Positions 49,494 through 59,357 are shown, counted from the first letter of the stretch. The stretch: 64,000 bases of DNA from Alphaproteobacteria bacterium (GCA_964291415.2 OZ219918.1:1152001-1216000), one strand, 5' to 3'. The notes: a model not told the origin generated them from the letters alone. Program-made: numbers and translations.

Positions 49494-49501
49494 CTCCGAT
49501 T
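49494..49501. repeat. Target-site duplication, copy 2 (CTCCGATT)
   Basis: Identical to 48158-48165. Confidence 0.85.
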
Positions 49502-49609
49502 CGCCGTCAATCTCCCCGAGACGCAGGACCCCGCGGCGGCCCCAGCGGGATTGAAAGGAGAGGGACCGTCCATGTGCCGGGTTCGGCATCTGTGCGTTCG
49601 CCTTGTCGG

Positions 49610-50010
49610 CTGCCGCCGCTCAACGGTCTCGGCATTGCCATGATCCTGCTTGCTGCGACAGGCCTCGGCCTGGAGACGGACCGGACCATCCATGAGCACT
49701 TCAGCCGGTCTTTCGCATCGCGTTCGCCGTCGCCGCTCCGCGCGACGGGCGCTGTCTCGGCGACGGCTGGAGATCCTTCGACATCATCGTCCTCGTCCGG
49801 GCCTTCGTTTCGGATGCATGCGAACTCGCTCTCATGGCGCGTCTGGCGAGACTCCTGAGGGTGCTGCGCGTCGTGATCGCGGTCTCCCGGCTGCGCCTTG
49901 TCGTCTCGACCCTGGTCCGTTCGCTGCCGGAGCTGGGCCATGACATGCTGCCGCTGTTCGTCATCTGCTGCGTTTGCGGCATCGCCGACGTGCAGCTCTT
50001 CGGCTCGTGC
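49610..50010 (+). pseudogene. Voltage-gated ion channel (BacNav-like ion transporter) pseudogene
   Basis: S1 ILLAATGLGLET; S3 DGW..FDIIV; S4 ARLARLLRVLRV; S4-S5 LRLVVSTLVRSLP..QLFG; frameshifts; pore missing. Confidence 0.78.
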
Positions 50011-50265
50011 GACACGGTGCACCGGTTTCCTCCCGGTCCGGAAGCGCCAACGCAGTCGTCTCCTTGTGGACGTCCAGACCTGTGTATGATCTATACTCGG
50101 CCGTCACCGGCTCTCCTCGATGTGGTTCTGTGTTCAGCGGTACTCCGACATCGAGCATGGTCCGCGATCCTCGAGGCCAGGGCGGGTCAGTCCATGATGC
50201 CTGAGCAGAGGCAAGGCCGCCCTCATGAGTGCGGGAACTCTCAGGCGGTGGCGGGGGAGCATGCA

Positions 50266-51411
50266 ATGGACCGAAGCAATGGACTCGAAGAACGCAACAG
50301 GCACTTCGATTCCCTCGCCTCGCGATCGGGACTGATGTGGCTCGGTCAGAACACCAATCACTTCGAACCCTGTCCGGCTGTCCGCCAGGCGATGATCGAC
50401 TGCATTGACTCTGGCGAGTGTCATCGCTACGCGCCCCCTCTGGGCGTTGAGGAGTTGCGTACAGCCATTCTTGGAGATCTCGGCCTTGACCGGGAATTCT
50501 CCGTCATGGTGACCGACGGTGCCATCGAGGGGCTCTACCACACCTGCCATACACTGCTCGGCCCGGATGACGAGTTCGTCGTGACCGACCCGGGGTGGCT
50601 GTGGCCGAGGCGTTTCGCGGCAAGCCGGCAGGCGCGCGTTGTCGAGCTGCCGGTCTACGACCGCGATGCGGGCTATCGCCTCACTCCGTCACAACTGCGC
50701 GAGGCAATGACGGAGAAGACGCGCCTGATCTATCTTGTGGATCCGAACAACCCCCTCGGCTCCATTCAGACCGCCGTCGAGATCGAGGAAATCGCCTCAA
50801 TCGCCCGGGATGCCGGCGCGTTTCTCATTCACGACTGCACCTATCGCGACTTCGCCGAAGGACACACCCTGGCCGCTCGCCACTATCCGCAGGGGACGAT
50901 CACCACCTACAGTTTCTCCAAGTGGCTTGGACTGGCAGGACTCAGGCTCGGGGCGGTGGTCGCCTCGCCTGAGACCATCAATCTGCTTGCCGCCGCCCCG
51001 CCAAACAATCTTGGCTCGTCCTTCATCGCACAGCGCGCGGCGCTTGCGGGTCTGCGTCACAAGGCAGAGTGGTTTCCTGAAGTCCAGAAGCGCCAACGTG
51101 ACAACCAGGCGTCAATCAAGCAGTCGATTGGCGGTGTCGAAGGGCTGGAAACAACGGTTTTCCCCTCGCATGGCAACTTTCTCGCCCTCGACACCTCTAG
51201 GGCCGGGTTCGCACCTGATAGCCTTTGCGCATTCTATCTGGAGCGCGATATCCTCATCCGGCATGGCGGATACCATTCGACCCGGTGTGGAGACCGCTTC
51301 GTGAAGGTCAGCACGACGGTGCCTTCGGAGTGGATCAACGCATTTTGCAGTCATCTCGAAGAGGCCGTCGAATGGAGCCGGAGTGCAACGACCGTGCGGA
51401 CTCTGTATTGA
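50266..51411 (+). CDS. PLP-dependent aminotransferase class I/II
   Basis: DPNNPLG, HDCTY, SFSKWLGLAGLRLG. Confidence 0.9.
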   Translation: MDRSNGLEERNRHFDSLASRSGLMWLGQNTNHFEPCPAVRQAMIDCIDSGECHRYAPPLGVEELRTAILGDLGLDREFSVMVTDGAIEGLYHTCHTLLGPDDEFVVTDPGWLWPRRFAASRQARVVELPVYDRDAGYRLTPSQLREAMTEKTRLIYLVDPNNPLGSIQTAVEIEEIASIARDAGAFLIHDCTYRDFAEGHTLAARHYPQGTITTYSFSKWLGLAGLRLGAVVASPETINLLAAAPPNNLGSSFIAQRAALAGLRHKAEWFPEVQKRQRDNQASIKQSIGGVEGLETTVFPSHGNFLALDTSRAGFAPDSLCAFYLERDILIRHGGYHSTRCGDRFVKVSTTVPSEWINAFCSHLEEAVEWSRSATTVRTLY

Positions 51412-51471
51412 CTTGGTGAGTGTCGGGTCCATGCAGGGAACAAGATGGATGAATGACGCAGGGGAGGCGAC

Positions 51472-52254
51472 GTGGAACTCGGATTGACCGGCCGATGGGC
51501 TCTTGTGTCAGGCGCTTCTCAGGGCATTGGCGAGGGGTTGGCCGAAGCCTTCGCGTCGGAGGGCGTCAACCTGCACTTGACGGCGCGCAGTGCCGACCGG
51601 CTTCAGGACCTGCAGAAGCGCCTCCACGACCGGACTGGAGTCACCGTCCATGTCCATCCGATGGACCTTGCCCGATCCGGCGCGGTCGAGAGGCTTGTGG
51701 AGGCGACCGGCGAGATCGACATTCTGGTCAACAACGCCGGTGCCATCCCCGGAGGAAACCTCGACGCCATTGACGAGAAGAGGTGGCGCGAAGGCTGGGA
51801 GCTCAAGGTCTTCGGCTACATCAACCTGACGCGCGCGGTCTATGGCAGAATGCGGGACCGCGGCGGCGGCGTCATCATCAACAACATCGGCAATGCCGGT
51901 GAAGTCTTTGATTCTGGTTATGTCGCGGGTACCACCGGCAACGCCAGTCTCATTGCCTTCACTCGTGCGATGGGCGGGCGGAGCCTTGCCGATGGCATTC
52001 GCGTGGTCGGCGTCAGTCCCGGACCTGTCGATACCGAGCGCATCTACAATCTGTTGAAGGTTCGCGCCAGAGACCTTTTCGGCGATGAAGCGCGCTATAC
52101 GGAGTTGCTGAAGTCCTATCCTCTGGAACGCCCTGCCAAGGTCCGCGAGGTGGTGGACCTCATGGTCTTCCTGGCGTCCGATCGTTCCGGCTACACCTCT
52201 GGCACCGTCATCACGGTGGACGGCGGCATCTCGTCGCGTCACTCGATTGTTTGA
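51472..52254 (+). CDS. Short-chain dehydrogenase/reductase (atypical active site)
   Basis: SGASQGIG, NNAG, VTVDGG-type C-terminus; lacks canonical YxxxK. Confidence 0.88.
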   Translation: MELGLTGRWALVSGASQGIGEGLAEAFASEGVNLHLTARSADRLQDLQKRLHDRTGVTVHVHPMDLARSGAVERLVEATGEIDILVNNAGAIPGGNLDAIDEKRWREGWELKVFGYINLTRAVYGRMRDRGGGVIINNIGNAGEVFDSGYVAGTTGNASLIAFTRAMGGRSLADGIRVVGVSPGPVDTERIYNLLKVRARDLFGDEARYTELLKSYPLERPAKVREVVDLMVFLASDRSGYTSGTVITVDGGISSRHSIV

Positions 52255-52265
52255 AGGTGCGCCGG

Positions 52266-53144
52266 ATGCCCTACGCAACATGCGATGACGGCGTCAGGTT
52301 GTACTTCGAGACCGAGGGGACCGGAACGCCGATCGTGTTCGTGCACGAATTCGGCGGCAGTTACTGGAGCTGGGAACCCCAGGTGCACGCATTTTCCCGG
52401 CGTCACCAATGCATCACCTTCGCCGCGCGCGGGTATCCACCCTCTGATGTCCCGGCGCAGGTCGATGCCTATTCCCAGAAGCGAGCCGCTCGGGACATCT
52501 TCTCTGTCATGGATGCGTGCGAACTCGAATCCGCCCATCTCGTCGGGCTGTCGATGGGCGGCTTCGCCGTCCTGCATGCAGCGATGCTGCATCCCGGACG
52601 TGTTCTCTCGCTTGTTGTCGCGGGCACGGGCTATGGCGCGGAAAAGGCGCATGAAGACTACTTCCGCAGGATTTCTTGCGAGGTCGCCGACGGATTCGAA
52701 AGCGGAGCAGCCGACTTCGCCGCGACCTATGCCGAAGGCGCATCGCGCGTGCAGTTCCAGGAGAAGGATCCGGCCGGATGGCGCGTGTTCGCCGATCGGC
52801 TGGCCAGGCATTCGGAGCGGGGCGCGGCCAACACCATGCGTGGTGTCCAGGCGCAGCGGCCCTCGCTCTTCGATCTCGAAGAAGACCTGTCCCGGATCCG
52901 GGCTCCCACACTCGTCATCTGCGGAGACGAAGACGATCACTGCCTGCAGCCCGGCATTTTCCTGAAGCGGACCATTCGTACCAGCGGCCTCGCGGTGCTC
53001 CCGAAGAGCGGCCACACCATCAATCTTGAAGAGCCGGAACTGTTCAATCGTCTCCTGGCCGATTTTCTGGCCGCCACCGTGGCCGGCCGCTGGGGCACGC
53101 GGGATCCGCGCGCCGATCCGGATCAGATCATGAGAACCAGGTGA
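52266..53144 (+). CDS. Alpha/beta hydrolase
   Basis: HEFGG, RGYPPSD, GLSMGG, GHTINLEEP. Confidence 0.9.
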   Translation: MPYATCDDGVRLYFETEGTGTPIVFVHEFGGSYWSWEPQVHAFSRRHQCITFAARGYPPSDVPAQVDAYSQKRAARDIFSVMDACELESAHLVGLSMGGFAVLHAAMLHPGRVLSLVVAGTGYGAEKAHEDYFRRISCEVADGFESGAADFAATYAEGASRVQFQEKDPAGWRVFADRLARHSERGAANTMRGVQAQRPSLFDLEEDLSRIRAPTLVICGDEDDHCLQPGIFLKRTIRTSGLAVLPKSGHTINLEEPELFNRLLADFLAATVAGRWGTRDPRADPDQIMRTR

Positions 53145-54406
53145 CGTTGGCCATGGAACAGCGCGGCATGCGCCCTTCCGATCTGATTGATGCCGACCGC
53201 CTGTGGCATCGTCTGATGCGCCTGGCCGACTTCGGCGCCACGTCTGCCGGTGGCGTGAACCGGCAGGCGCTCTCCATGGAGGAAATCGATGCCCGGGAGG
53301 TTCTCGCGGCCTGGGCGCGCGAGGCGGGGCTGAATGTCCTCAACGATGCGATCGGCAACCTGTTCTTCCGACTGGAAGGCGCCGACCCCGATGCGGCCCC
53401 GGTCCTTTCAGGCTCCCACATCGATTCGCAACCCACGGGCGGTAAGTTCGACGGCACCTTCGGGGTCCTCGCCGCGCTGGAGGCAATCTGCGCGCTCGCA
53501 TCATCTTCCAGGAAACCCCGACGTTCCATCGAGGCGGTAGCCTGGACCAACGAGGAGGGATCCCGCTTTGCTCCCGGCATGATGGGCTCGGAAGCCTTCA
53601 CGGGACGAAGGGCGCTCGACGGCATGCTCACGGTCGAAGATGTCGACGGCATTAGTGTCAGGTCCGCCCTGGCGCGGGTCCTGGCGGCCGAGCCGGACGT
53701 CAGACACCGTCCGCTCGGGTTTCCGGTTCACGCATACATTGAAGCCCATATCGAACAGGGACCGGTTCTGGAACGCGAAGAGACGTCCATCGGCGTCGTG
53801 TCCGGCATCCAGGGCAGCCGGCGTTTCCGTGTGACGGTCAGCGGCGAAGCAGCGCATGCCGGCACGACCCCGCGCAGGGAACGCAAGGACGCGTTGCTGG
53901 CCGCCGTTGGCATGATCGATGCGCTTGCCCGGCTCACGAGCGATCCGGAGAATGTCATGTTTACGGTCGGTTTGTTCAGGGTCGATCCGAACGCGCCTTC
54001 GGTCGTTCCCCGACAGGCCTACTTCTCCATCGATCTGAGACATCCCGACAATGACGTGCTTGGTCGGCTGGGTGATGCAATACCCGACTGCTGCCATGCG
54101 AACCGTGGGGCCTGCGAGGTTTCGGTAAAGGAAATCGCGCATGCGCCGTCACTCGAGTTTCCCGGGACAATCCGCGACACGATTTCCGCCGCCGCGCAAC
54201 GGCTGGAGTTGTCGTGGCGGGAAATCCACTCCGCCGCCGGACACGATGCACGGCAGCTTCACTATCACTGTGACAGCGGCATGATCTTTATCCCGTGCAG
54301 GGATGGGGTCAGCCACAACGAAAGCGAATGGACCGAACCCCATCAGGTTGCGGAGGGCAGTCGCGTTCTTGCTGATGTCCTCTGGGAGCTCGCGAATGCC
54401 CGCTGA
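53141..54406 (+). CDS. M20 Zn-dependent amidohydrolase (N-carbamoyl-amino acid hydrolase/beta-ureidopropionase-like)
   Basis: GSHIDSQPTGGKFDG, NEEG.RF, EAHIEQGP, HAGTTP, AGHDA, SHNESE. Confidence 0.92.
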   Translation: MTLAMEQRGMRPSDLIDADRLWHRLMRLADFGATSAGGVNRQALSMEEIDAREVLAAWAREAGLNVLNDAIGNLFFRLEGADPDAAPVLSGSHIDSQPTGGKFDGTFGVLAALEAICALASSSRKPRRSIEAVAWTNEEGSRFAPGMMGSEAFTGRRALDGMLTVEDVDGISVRSALARVLAAEPDVRHRPLGFPVHAYIEAHIEQGPVLEREETSIGVVSGIQGSRRFRVTVSGEAAHAGTTPRRERKDALLAAVGMIDALARLTSDPENVMFTVGLFRVDPNAPSVVPRQAYFSIDLRHPDNDVLGRLGDAIPDCCHANRGACEVSVKEIAHAPSLEFPGTIRDTISAAAQRLELSWREIHSAAGHDARQLHYHCDSGMIFIPCRDGVSHNESEWTEPHQVAEGSRVLADVLWELANAR

Positions 54407-54532
54407 CGTCGTGGACGTGTCGCGCCCGTGTGACGTGTTTCGCGCCGCCATCGGCCCGGGTGGGCGCATTCCCCGTGATGTGGTTGTCATCCGGGATGCG
54501 TCATGCTCGCCTGAACCGTCACGGACATCATT

Positions 54533-55328
54533 GTGAACGTCGCGGCGGCGCCGGTGCCCCTCGTGGAATTGACCGGTGTTTCGGTGACCTATGACGTGCC
54601 GAGGCAGCATTCGGTGGTGGAAGCCCTGAAGAGGGTGGATCTTGCCGTTGCGAAAGGCAGCTTTACCTCGCTTATGGTCCCTCCGGCTGCGGAAAGAGCA
54701 CCTTGCTGAGGGTGGTGGCGGATCTCACGGCACCCACAGCCGGGCAGGTGTCGATCGAGGGTCAAACGCCCGCTTCTGCCCGGCGTGCGCGCCAGATCGG
54801 CTTCGTCTTTCAGGAGCCGGCCCTGCTCGAATGGCGTAGCGTTCTGGACAATGTGGCCCTTCCGCTGGAACTCCAGGGAGTGGGACGCGCGGAACGCGAG
54901 GCGGAAGCCGGGCGGTTGATCGATCTTGTCGGATTGAGTGGCTTCGAGGCGGTGTGGCCTTCGCAACTCTCGGGCGGGATGAAACAACGGGCCTCCATTG
55001 CCCGTGCCCTGTCGACGTCGCCGCACGTGATGCTGATGGACGAGCCGTTCGGTGCGCTTGATCAGATCACGCGAGACCGCATGAATCTGGAACTGGTGCG
55101 CGTCTTCGAACAAACCGGCGTGACCGTCCTGTTTGTCACGCATTCCATCCGGGAAGCCGTATTCCTGTCGGACAACGTCGTCGTGATGTCGCCGCGTCCG
55201 GGCCGCATTGTCCGCAGCATCGAGGTCGACCTGCCCCGCCCCGCAACCTCCTTGTGCGCGACAACCATGCATTCGGCGAACTGGTCCGTATCGGCGCACG
55301 CGAACTCGAGCAAGGCTATGGCACCTAG
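54533..55328 (+). pseudogene. ABC ATP-binding protein (NitT/TauT) with two -1 frameshifts (real or sequencing error)
   Basis: GPSGCGKST, LSGGMKQR, MDEPF; shifts near 54675 and 55242. Confidence 0.85.
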
Positions 55329-55359
55329 CACGCGACCGGTGAGCCGGCATGAGACCGGC

Positions 55360-56138
55360 ATGGCCCGGCGGTTCACAACCCTGGCACGCATGGCGGGGCC
55401 ACCGATCGCGGCGGCCATCGTCATGGTGAGCCTGTGGGAGGGGGTGTGCCACCTCTTCGACATCGCGCCCTACATCGTGCCGGCGCCGTCGAGGATCTGG
55501 GCTGCCTTCGTGTCGAAGCCCGGATCCCTGCTCTTCAACGGAGGAGTCACCTTCCTCGAGGCGATCTCAGGCTTTGTCATCGGTTCCGTGCTGGGAGCCT
55601 TGCTTGGGACGGCCTTCGCCTACTCGCGCCTCCTTGCGCGCGGTCTTCTGCCCTACATCATCGCCGCCAACACGATCCCCGTCGTCGCCATCGCTCCGAT
55701 CATCATCCTCTGGTTCGGACACGGCATGCAGTCAAAGTGGCTGTCACCGCCTTTCTTTCCTTCTTCCCGCTGGCGCTCAACATGATGAAGGGACTGCAAT
55801 CCTACGACCGGGTGGTCATGGACGTGTTCCATGTATCCGCCGCCAGCGAGTGGCAGCGGTTCTTCAAGATGCGTCTTCCAAACGCGCTTCCCTACGTCTT
55901 CGTCGGTCTGAAGCTCAACGTCACGTTTTCCGTCATCGGCGCCATCGTCGCGGAGTTCGTGCAGGCCGACAAGGGACTCGGCTTCGTGATCATGACGACC
56001 TACCGCACCCTCAACATGCCGCGTCTCTGGGCAGCGATGCTGCTGTCGGCCATCATCGGAATTCTCTTCTTCGCCTTGATCGCCTGGATCGAAAGGCGGA
56101 CGATCCCCTGGCACAGTTCCATGCGGGAGGACCGTTGA
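55360..56138 (+). pseudogene. ABC permease (NitT/TauT) with one -1 frameshift
   Basis: IPVVAIAPIIILWFG continues in the next frame as VAVTAFLSFFP..GAIVAEF; shift near 55737. Confidence 0.85.
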
Positions 56139-56199
56139 GGTGATAGAGTGAACTCTTGGACACGGCTGTCCAGGTGGGGAATCAAGGAGGATTGACATC

Positions 56200-57204
56200 A
56201 TGAAGTCGAGACAGGTGGCCGTACTGGCCGTCATCATGGGAATGGCTTTTGCGGCGAGCCCGCAGGCCGACGAGACGTTGCGCCTCGAGTGGGTCATGCA
56301 GGGGCAGTTTGCCGGACCGATCGTGGCCCACGACAAGGGCTACTACGACGAAGCGGGCGTCACCATCGAACTCTTGCCGGCCGGACCCGACATCAAGCCG
56401 GCGGTCACCGTGGCGCAGGGTTCCGACACATTCGGTCTGGGTCATCCCAACCAGATCATCGCCGCGCGCTCGAACGGAGTGCCTCTGGTGATGGTGATGC
56501 AGTTCGGCCAGAAGAGCGCCACGACCTATGTTGTACGCAAGGAAGCCGGCATCTCGAGCGTCAGCGACATGCCGGGACGCAGTGTGGGTCTTTGGTTCGG
56601 AGGCGACGAGCACGAGTTTCTCGCCATGCTGAATGCGGCTGGCGTCAGTCAGGAAGATGTGCAGATCATTTCCCAGGGTTTCGACATCATCGCCTGGCTC
56701 AACGGCGAGTACGAAGTGATGCAGGTCACGCGCTTCAACGAGCTTCTTCAGGTCTACGACAACGGCTTCAGTCCCGAGGACCTGGTCCTGCTCAATCCGG
56801 AGGACTATGGCGTGGCGTTGGTATCGGGCGGCCTCTTCACGACGGAGGAGGTGATCAACGAGAAGCCGGATGTCGTTCAGGGTGTGGTCGAAGCGACCAT
56901 GCGCGGATGGAAGGACGCCCTTGCCGATCCCGCTGCCGCGGCCGAGATCGTGCTGAAGTACAATGAGGAACTGACGCTCGAGAGCCAGATCGGTCAGATC
57001 AAGGCCATGGCTGATCTCATTTGTGCCGGTCCGACCCTGGAGGGCGCTTTCGGCCAATCGGTGCTCGCGGACTGGGAAACGTCGCAGACCGTCATCCACG
57101 AGGCCGGAGTCATCGACTCGACGATCGATCTCGAGGAAGGCTTCACCAACAGGTTCTGGGACGCGGTTCCCGCGGAGTACAAGCAGGTCATGTGTTCGAT
57201 GTAG
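56200..57204 (+). CDS. ABC substrate-binding protein, NMT1/THI5-like
   Basis: Signal peptide; LEWVMQGQFAG..KGYYDE. Confidence 0.9.
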   Translation: MKSRQVAVLAVIMGMAFAASPQADETLRLEWVMQGQFAGPIVAHDKGYYDEAGVTIELLPAGPDIKPAVTVAQGSDTFGLGHPNQIIAARSNGVPLVMVMQFGQKSATTYVVRKEAGISSVSDMPGRSVGLWFGGDEHEFLAMLNAAGVSQEDVQIISQGFDIIAWLNGEYEVMQVTRFNELLQVYDNGFSPEDLVLLNPEDYGVALVSGGLFTTEEVINEKPDVVQGVVEATMRGWKDALADPAAAAEIVLKYNEELTLESQIGQIKAMADLICAGPTLEGAFGQSVLADWETSQTVIHEAGVIDSTIDLEEGFTNRFWDAVPAEYKQVMCSM

Positions 57205-57216
57205 CCATCGATACGT

Positions 57217-57247
57217 CGGCCGGCGCCGTTCACGGCGGCGCCGGCCG
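57217..57247 (+). terminator. GC-rich hairpin after the SBP gene
   Basis: CGGCCGGCGCCG-7 nt-CGGCGCCGGCCG; no U-tract. Confidence 0.5.
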
Positions 57248-57276
57248 GGTCCGCTTCAAGGAGGGCAGGGCCTGAC

Positions 57277-58206
57277 ATGGACGTGCGCATTCGCTTGCTG
57301 TGGTTCCCACAGGCTCAGTTCGCCGGCTATCTCCTCGCGGAAAGGCAATCCCGCCTTCACGGGTCCAAGCCACGCATCGTCTGCCAGGGTGCCGACTTGT
57401 CGACCGGACCGATCGCTGCGGTGCTGCAGGGAGAGTGCGAGTTTGCTGTCGCAAGCCCGGCGCACGTTCTTGAATCCGGTGCGCCGGCGGACCTTGTCTG
57501 GCTGCTCACCATCCAGCAGGAGAGTCCCCTCGTTTATCCGGTGTCGCGGACCAGCGGCATCGAGAGTCCGGGCGATTTGTCCGGACGCTGTGTCGCGGTC
57601 TGGCCCGGGAACGAGGATCTGGAACTGCAATGGATGATCGCGAGGGCCGGCCTTGATGCGGATCTGGTAAGGCGCCTTCCGGTTGCTGATACCGTTGCGG
57701 CCTATCTTTCCGGCGAGGCCGACTCCGCCCAGATGACCAGCTACCACGAGTTGCACCTGCTTGAGGCCGCGTTGCCGGAAAGGGGAGAATTCCGTCTTCT
57801 GAGAGCGGCAGACCAGGGCATCGGCCTTCTCAAGGATGGCTTGATTGCGCGGCGCGACTATGTCGAGAAGAACGAGAGCCTGGTCCAGGAGGTTGTCTGC
57901 GCGGTCCTTGCCGGATGGACCCTGGCCTTCACTGACACACAGGCGGCGATTGACGCCTGTCTGGCGGCAAGGCCGGAGCTCGACGGCAATGACCAGGCGC
58001 GGCAGCTGGAGGATGTTCGGGTGCTGAGCCGTGGTGGGGCGACACGGAGCCATGGCCTCGGATATCCCGATCTGGCGCATGCGGAAAACGCGCTTGCCGC
58101 AGCGAGGGAGACCGGACTGCCCGGACCGTTCGTGACGGCATCCGAGATGACGGTCCAACGGTTCTGGCATTCGGCTCCACCCGCCTTGCGACGGCAAGCC
58201 ATTTGA
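57277..58206 (+). CDS. NMT1/THI5-like protein lacking a signal peptide
   Basis: AAGGAGG RBS; begins directly with RLLWFPQAQFAGY. Confidence 0.8.
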   Translation: MDVRIRLLWFPQAQFAGYLLAERQSRLHGSKPRIVCQGADLSTGPIAAVLQGECEFAVASPAHVLESGAPADLVWLLTIQQESPLVYPVSRTSGIESPGDLSGRCVAVWPGNEDLELQWMIARAGLDADLVRRLPVADTVAAYLSGEADSAQMTSYHELHLLEAALPERGEFRLLRAADQGIGLLKDGLIARRDYVEKNESLVQEVVCAVLAGWTLAFTDTQAAIDACLAARPELDGNDQARQLEDVRVLSRGGATRSHGLGYPDLAHAENALAAARETGLPGPFVTASEMTVQRFWHSAPPALRRQAI

Positions 58207-59357
58207 GCGGGACAGCCGAAGTCATTGTCGTGGGCGCGGGAATCGTCGGTTCCGCGATCGGCGCGGAACTGGCCTTGCTCGGCCACGACGTCATCATCGT
58301 GGAACAGGGAGTGCCGGGCGGCGCCGTATCGGGTGCGAGTCTGGCCTGCATCGGTTCTCACATGGTCGACATGGAGGAACTGCCGTTGCTGGCCTGGGCC
58401 CGCGACGCGTGGCGGGCATTCGACGGGGAAATCGGGGGGTTCGAATACAACCCGTGCGGCCAGCTTCGGTTCATCCTCAGCGAGCAGGACCTTGCGACGG
58501 CGAGGGCGTGGATCGACGTCGAGCGGAACGCCGGACTGGAGGTGAATCTCCTGGAGCCCGCCGAGGTGCGCGAGGTGGAACCATCGCTCACCGGTCCGAT
58601 CGTCGCCGCCTCATGGTCGAAGGACGATGCCGTGGTCAATCCGTTTCTTGCGGTTCGCGCCTTTCTGAAGCGGGCTCGTGATTGCGGCGCCCGTCTCGAG
58701 ACACACTGTTGTGTGGACTCGCTCATCGAACGCGACGGCAGGATTGCCGGCGTGCGTTGTGCAAGGACCGACATGTCGGCCGAGCATGTCGTGCTCGCAT
58801 CAGGTCCCTGGACGGCGCGCCTCGCGGCCAGTCTCGGCATGAAGCTGCCAATCCGGCCACGCAAGGCTCAGTGCCTGGCGACGGTGCGCATGCCTCCCAC
58901 AATCCGGCGCGTCGTCGGCGCCTGCGAGAGCGATGGCGGTGTCGAAGCCGGTTACACGCAGATCCAGCAAACCAGGAACGGACAGGTGCTGTTCAACACG
59001 GTGCATGCGGACGGACTTGTTGACGACGGCACACAAGACCGCATTCCTGAAGTTGGCAGAGGCTTTGTCCGGGATTCTGTCGAGACGCTGCTGTTTCTCT
59101 TTCCCGATCTGTGGAATGTCCATCTCCTGCGTTCCTGGGTTCGCTTCGAGGCCGTAACGCCCGACAACCGCTTCCTTGTCGGCCCCCTCGGACCTGAAGG
59201 CCTCTGGGTTGCCGCAGGAGACTGTGGAACCGGTTTCACACGAGCACCGGCGATCGCCCGCTTGATCGGTCATATGCTGGGTGGCGACCATCCTGCTTTC
59301 GACACGACGCTCTACGCGCCGGATCGATTCTCCAGCGCGCGCCCGGCTTCGGCATGA
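58203..59357 (+). CDS. FAD-dependent oxidoreductase (opine oxidase B/HcnC-like)
   Basis: VGAGIVG; DAO fold; TPD; GF..AP. Confidence 0.88.
   Translation: MSGTAEVIVVGAGIVGSAIGAELALLGHDVIIVEQGVPGGAVSGASLACIGSHMVDMEELPLLAWARDAWRAFDGEIGGFEYNPCGQLRFILSEQDLATARAWIDVERNAGLEVNLLEPAEVREVEPSLTGPIVAASWSKDDAVVNPFLAVRAFLKRARDCGARLETHCCVDSLIERDGRIAGVRCARTDMSAEHVVLASGPWTARLAASLGMKLPIRPRKAQCLATVRMPPTIRRVVGACESDGGVEAGYTQIQQTRNGQVLFNTVHADGLVDDGTQDRIPEVGRGFVRDSVETLLFLFPDLWNVHLLRSWVRFEAVTPDNRFLVGPLGPEGLWVAAGDCGTGFTRAPAIARLIGHMLGGDHPAFDTTLYAPDRFSSARPASA

Noticed and set aside
49834-51411. 525-aa channel-aminotransferase fusion ORF
   Set aside because: The N-terminal part is a channel remnant plus non-coding-like linker; the aminotransferase has its own RBS and ATG at 50266.
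54703-55785. ATPase-permease fusion ORF
   Set aside because: Product of -1 frameshifts; the native stop TAG lies at 55326-55328 in the shifted frame.
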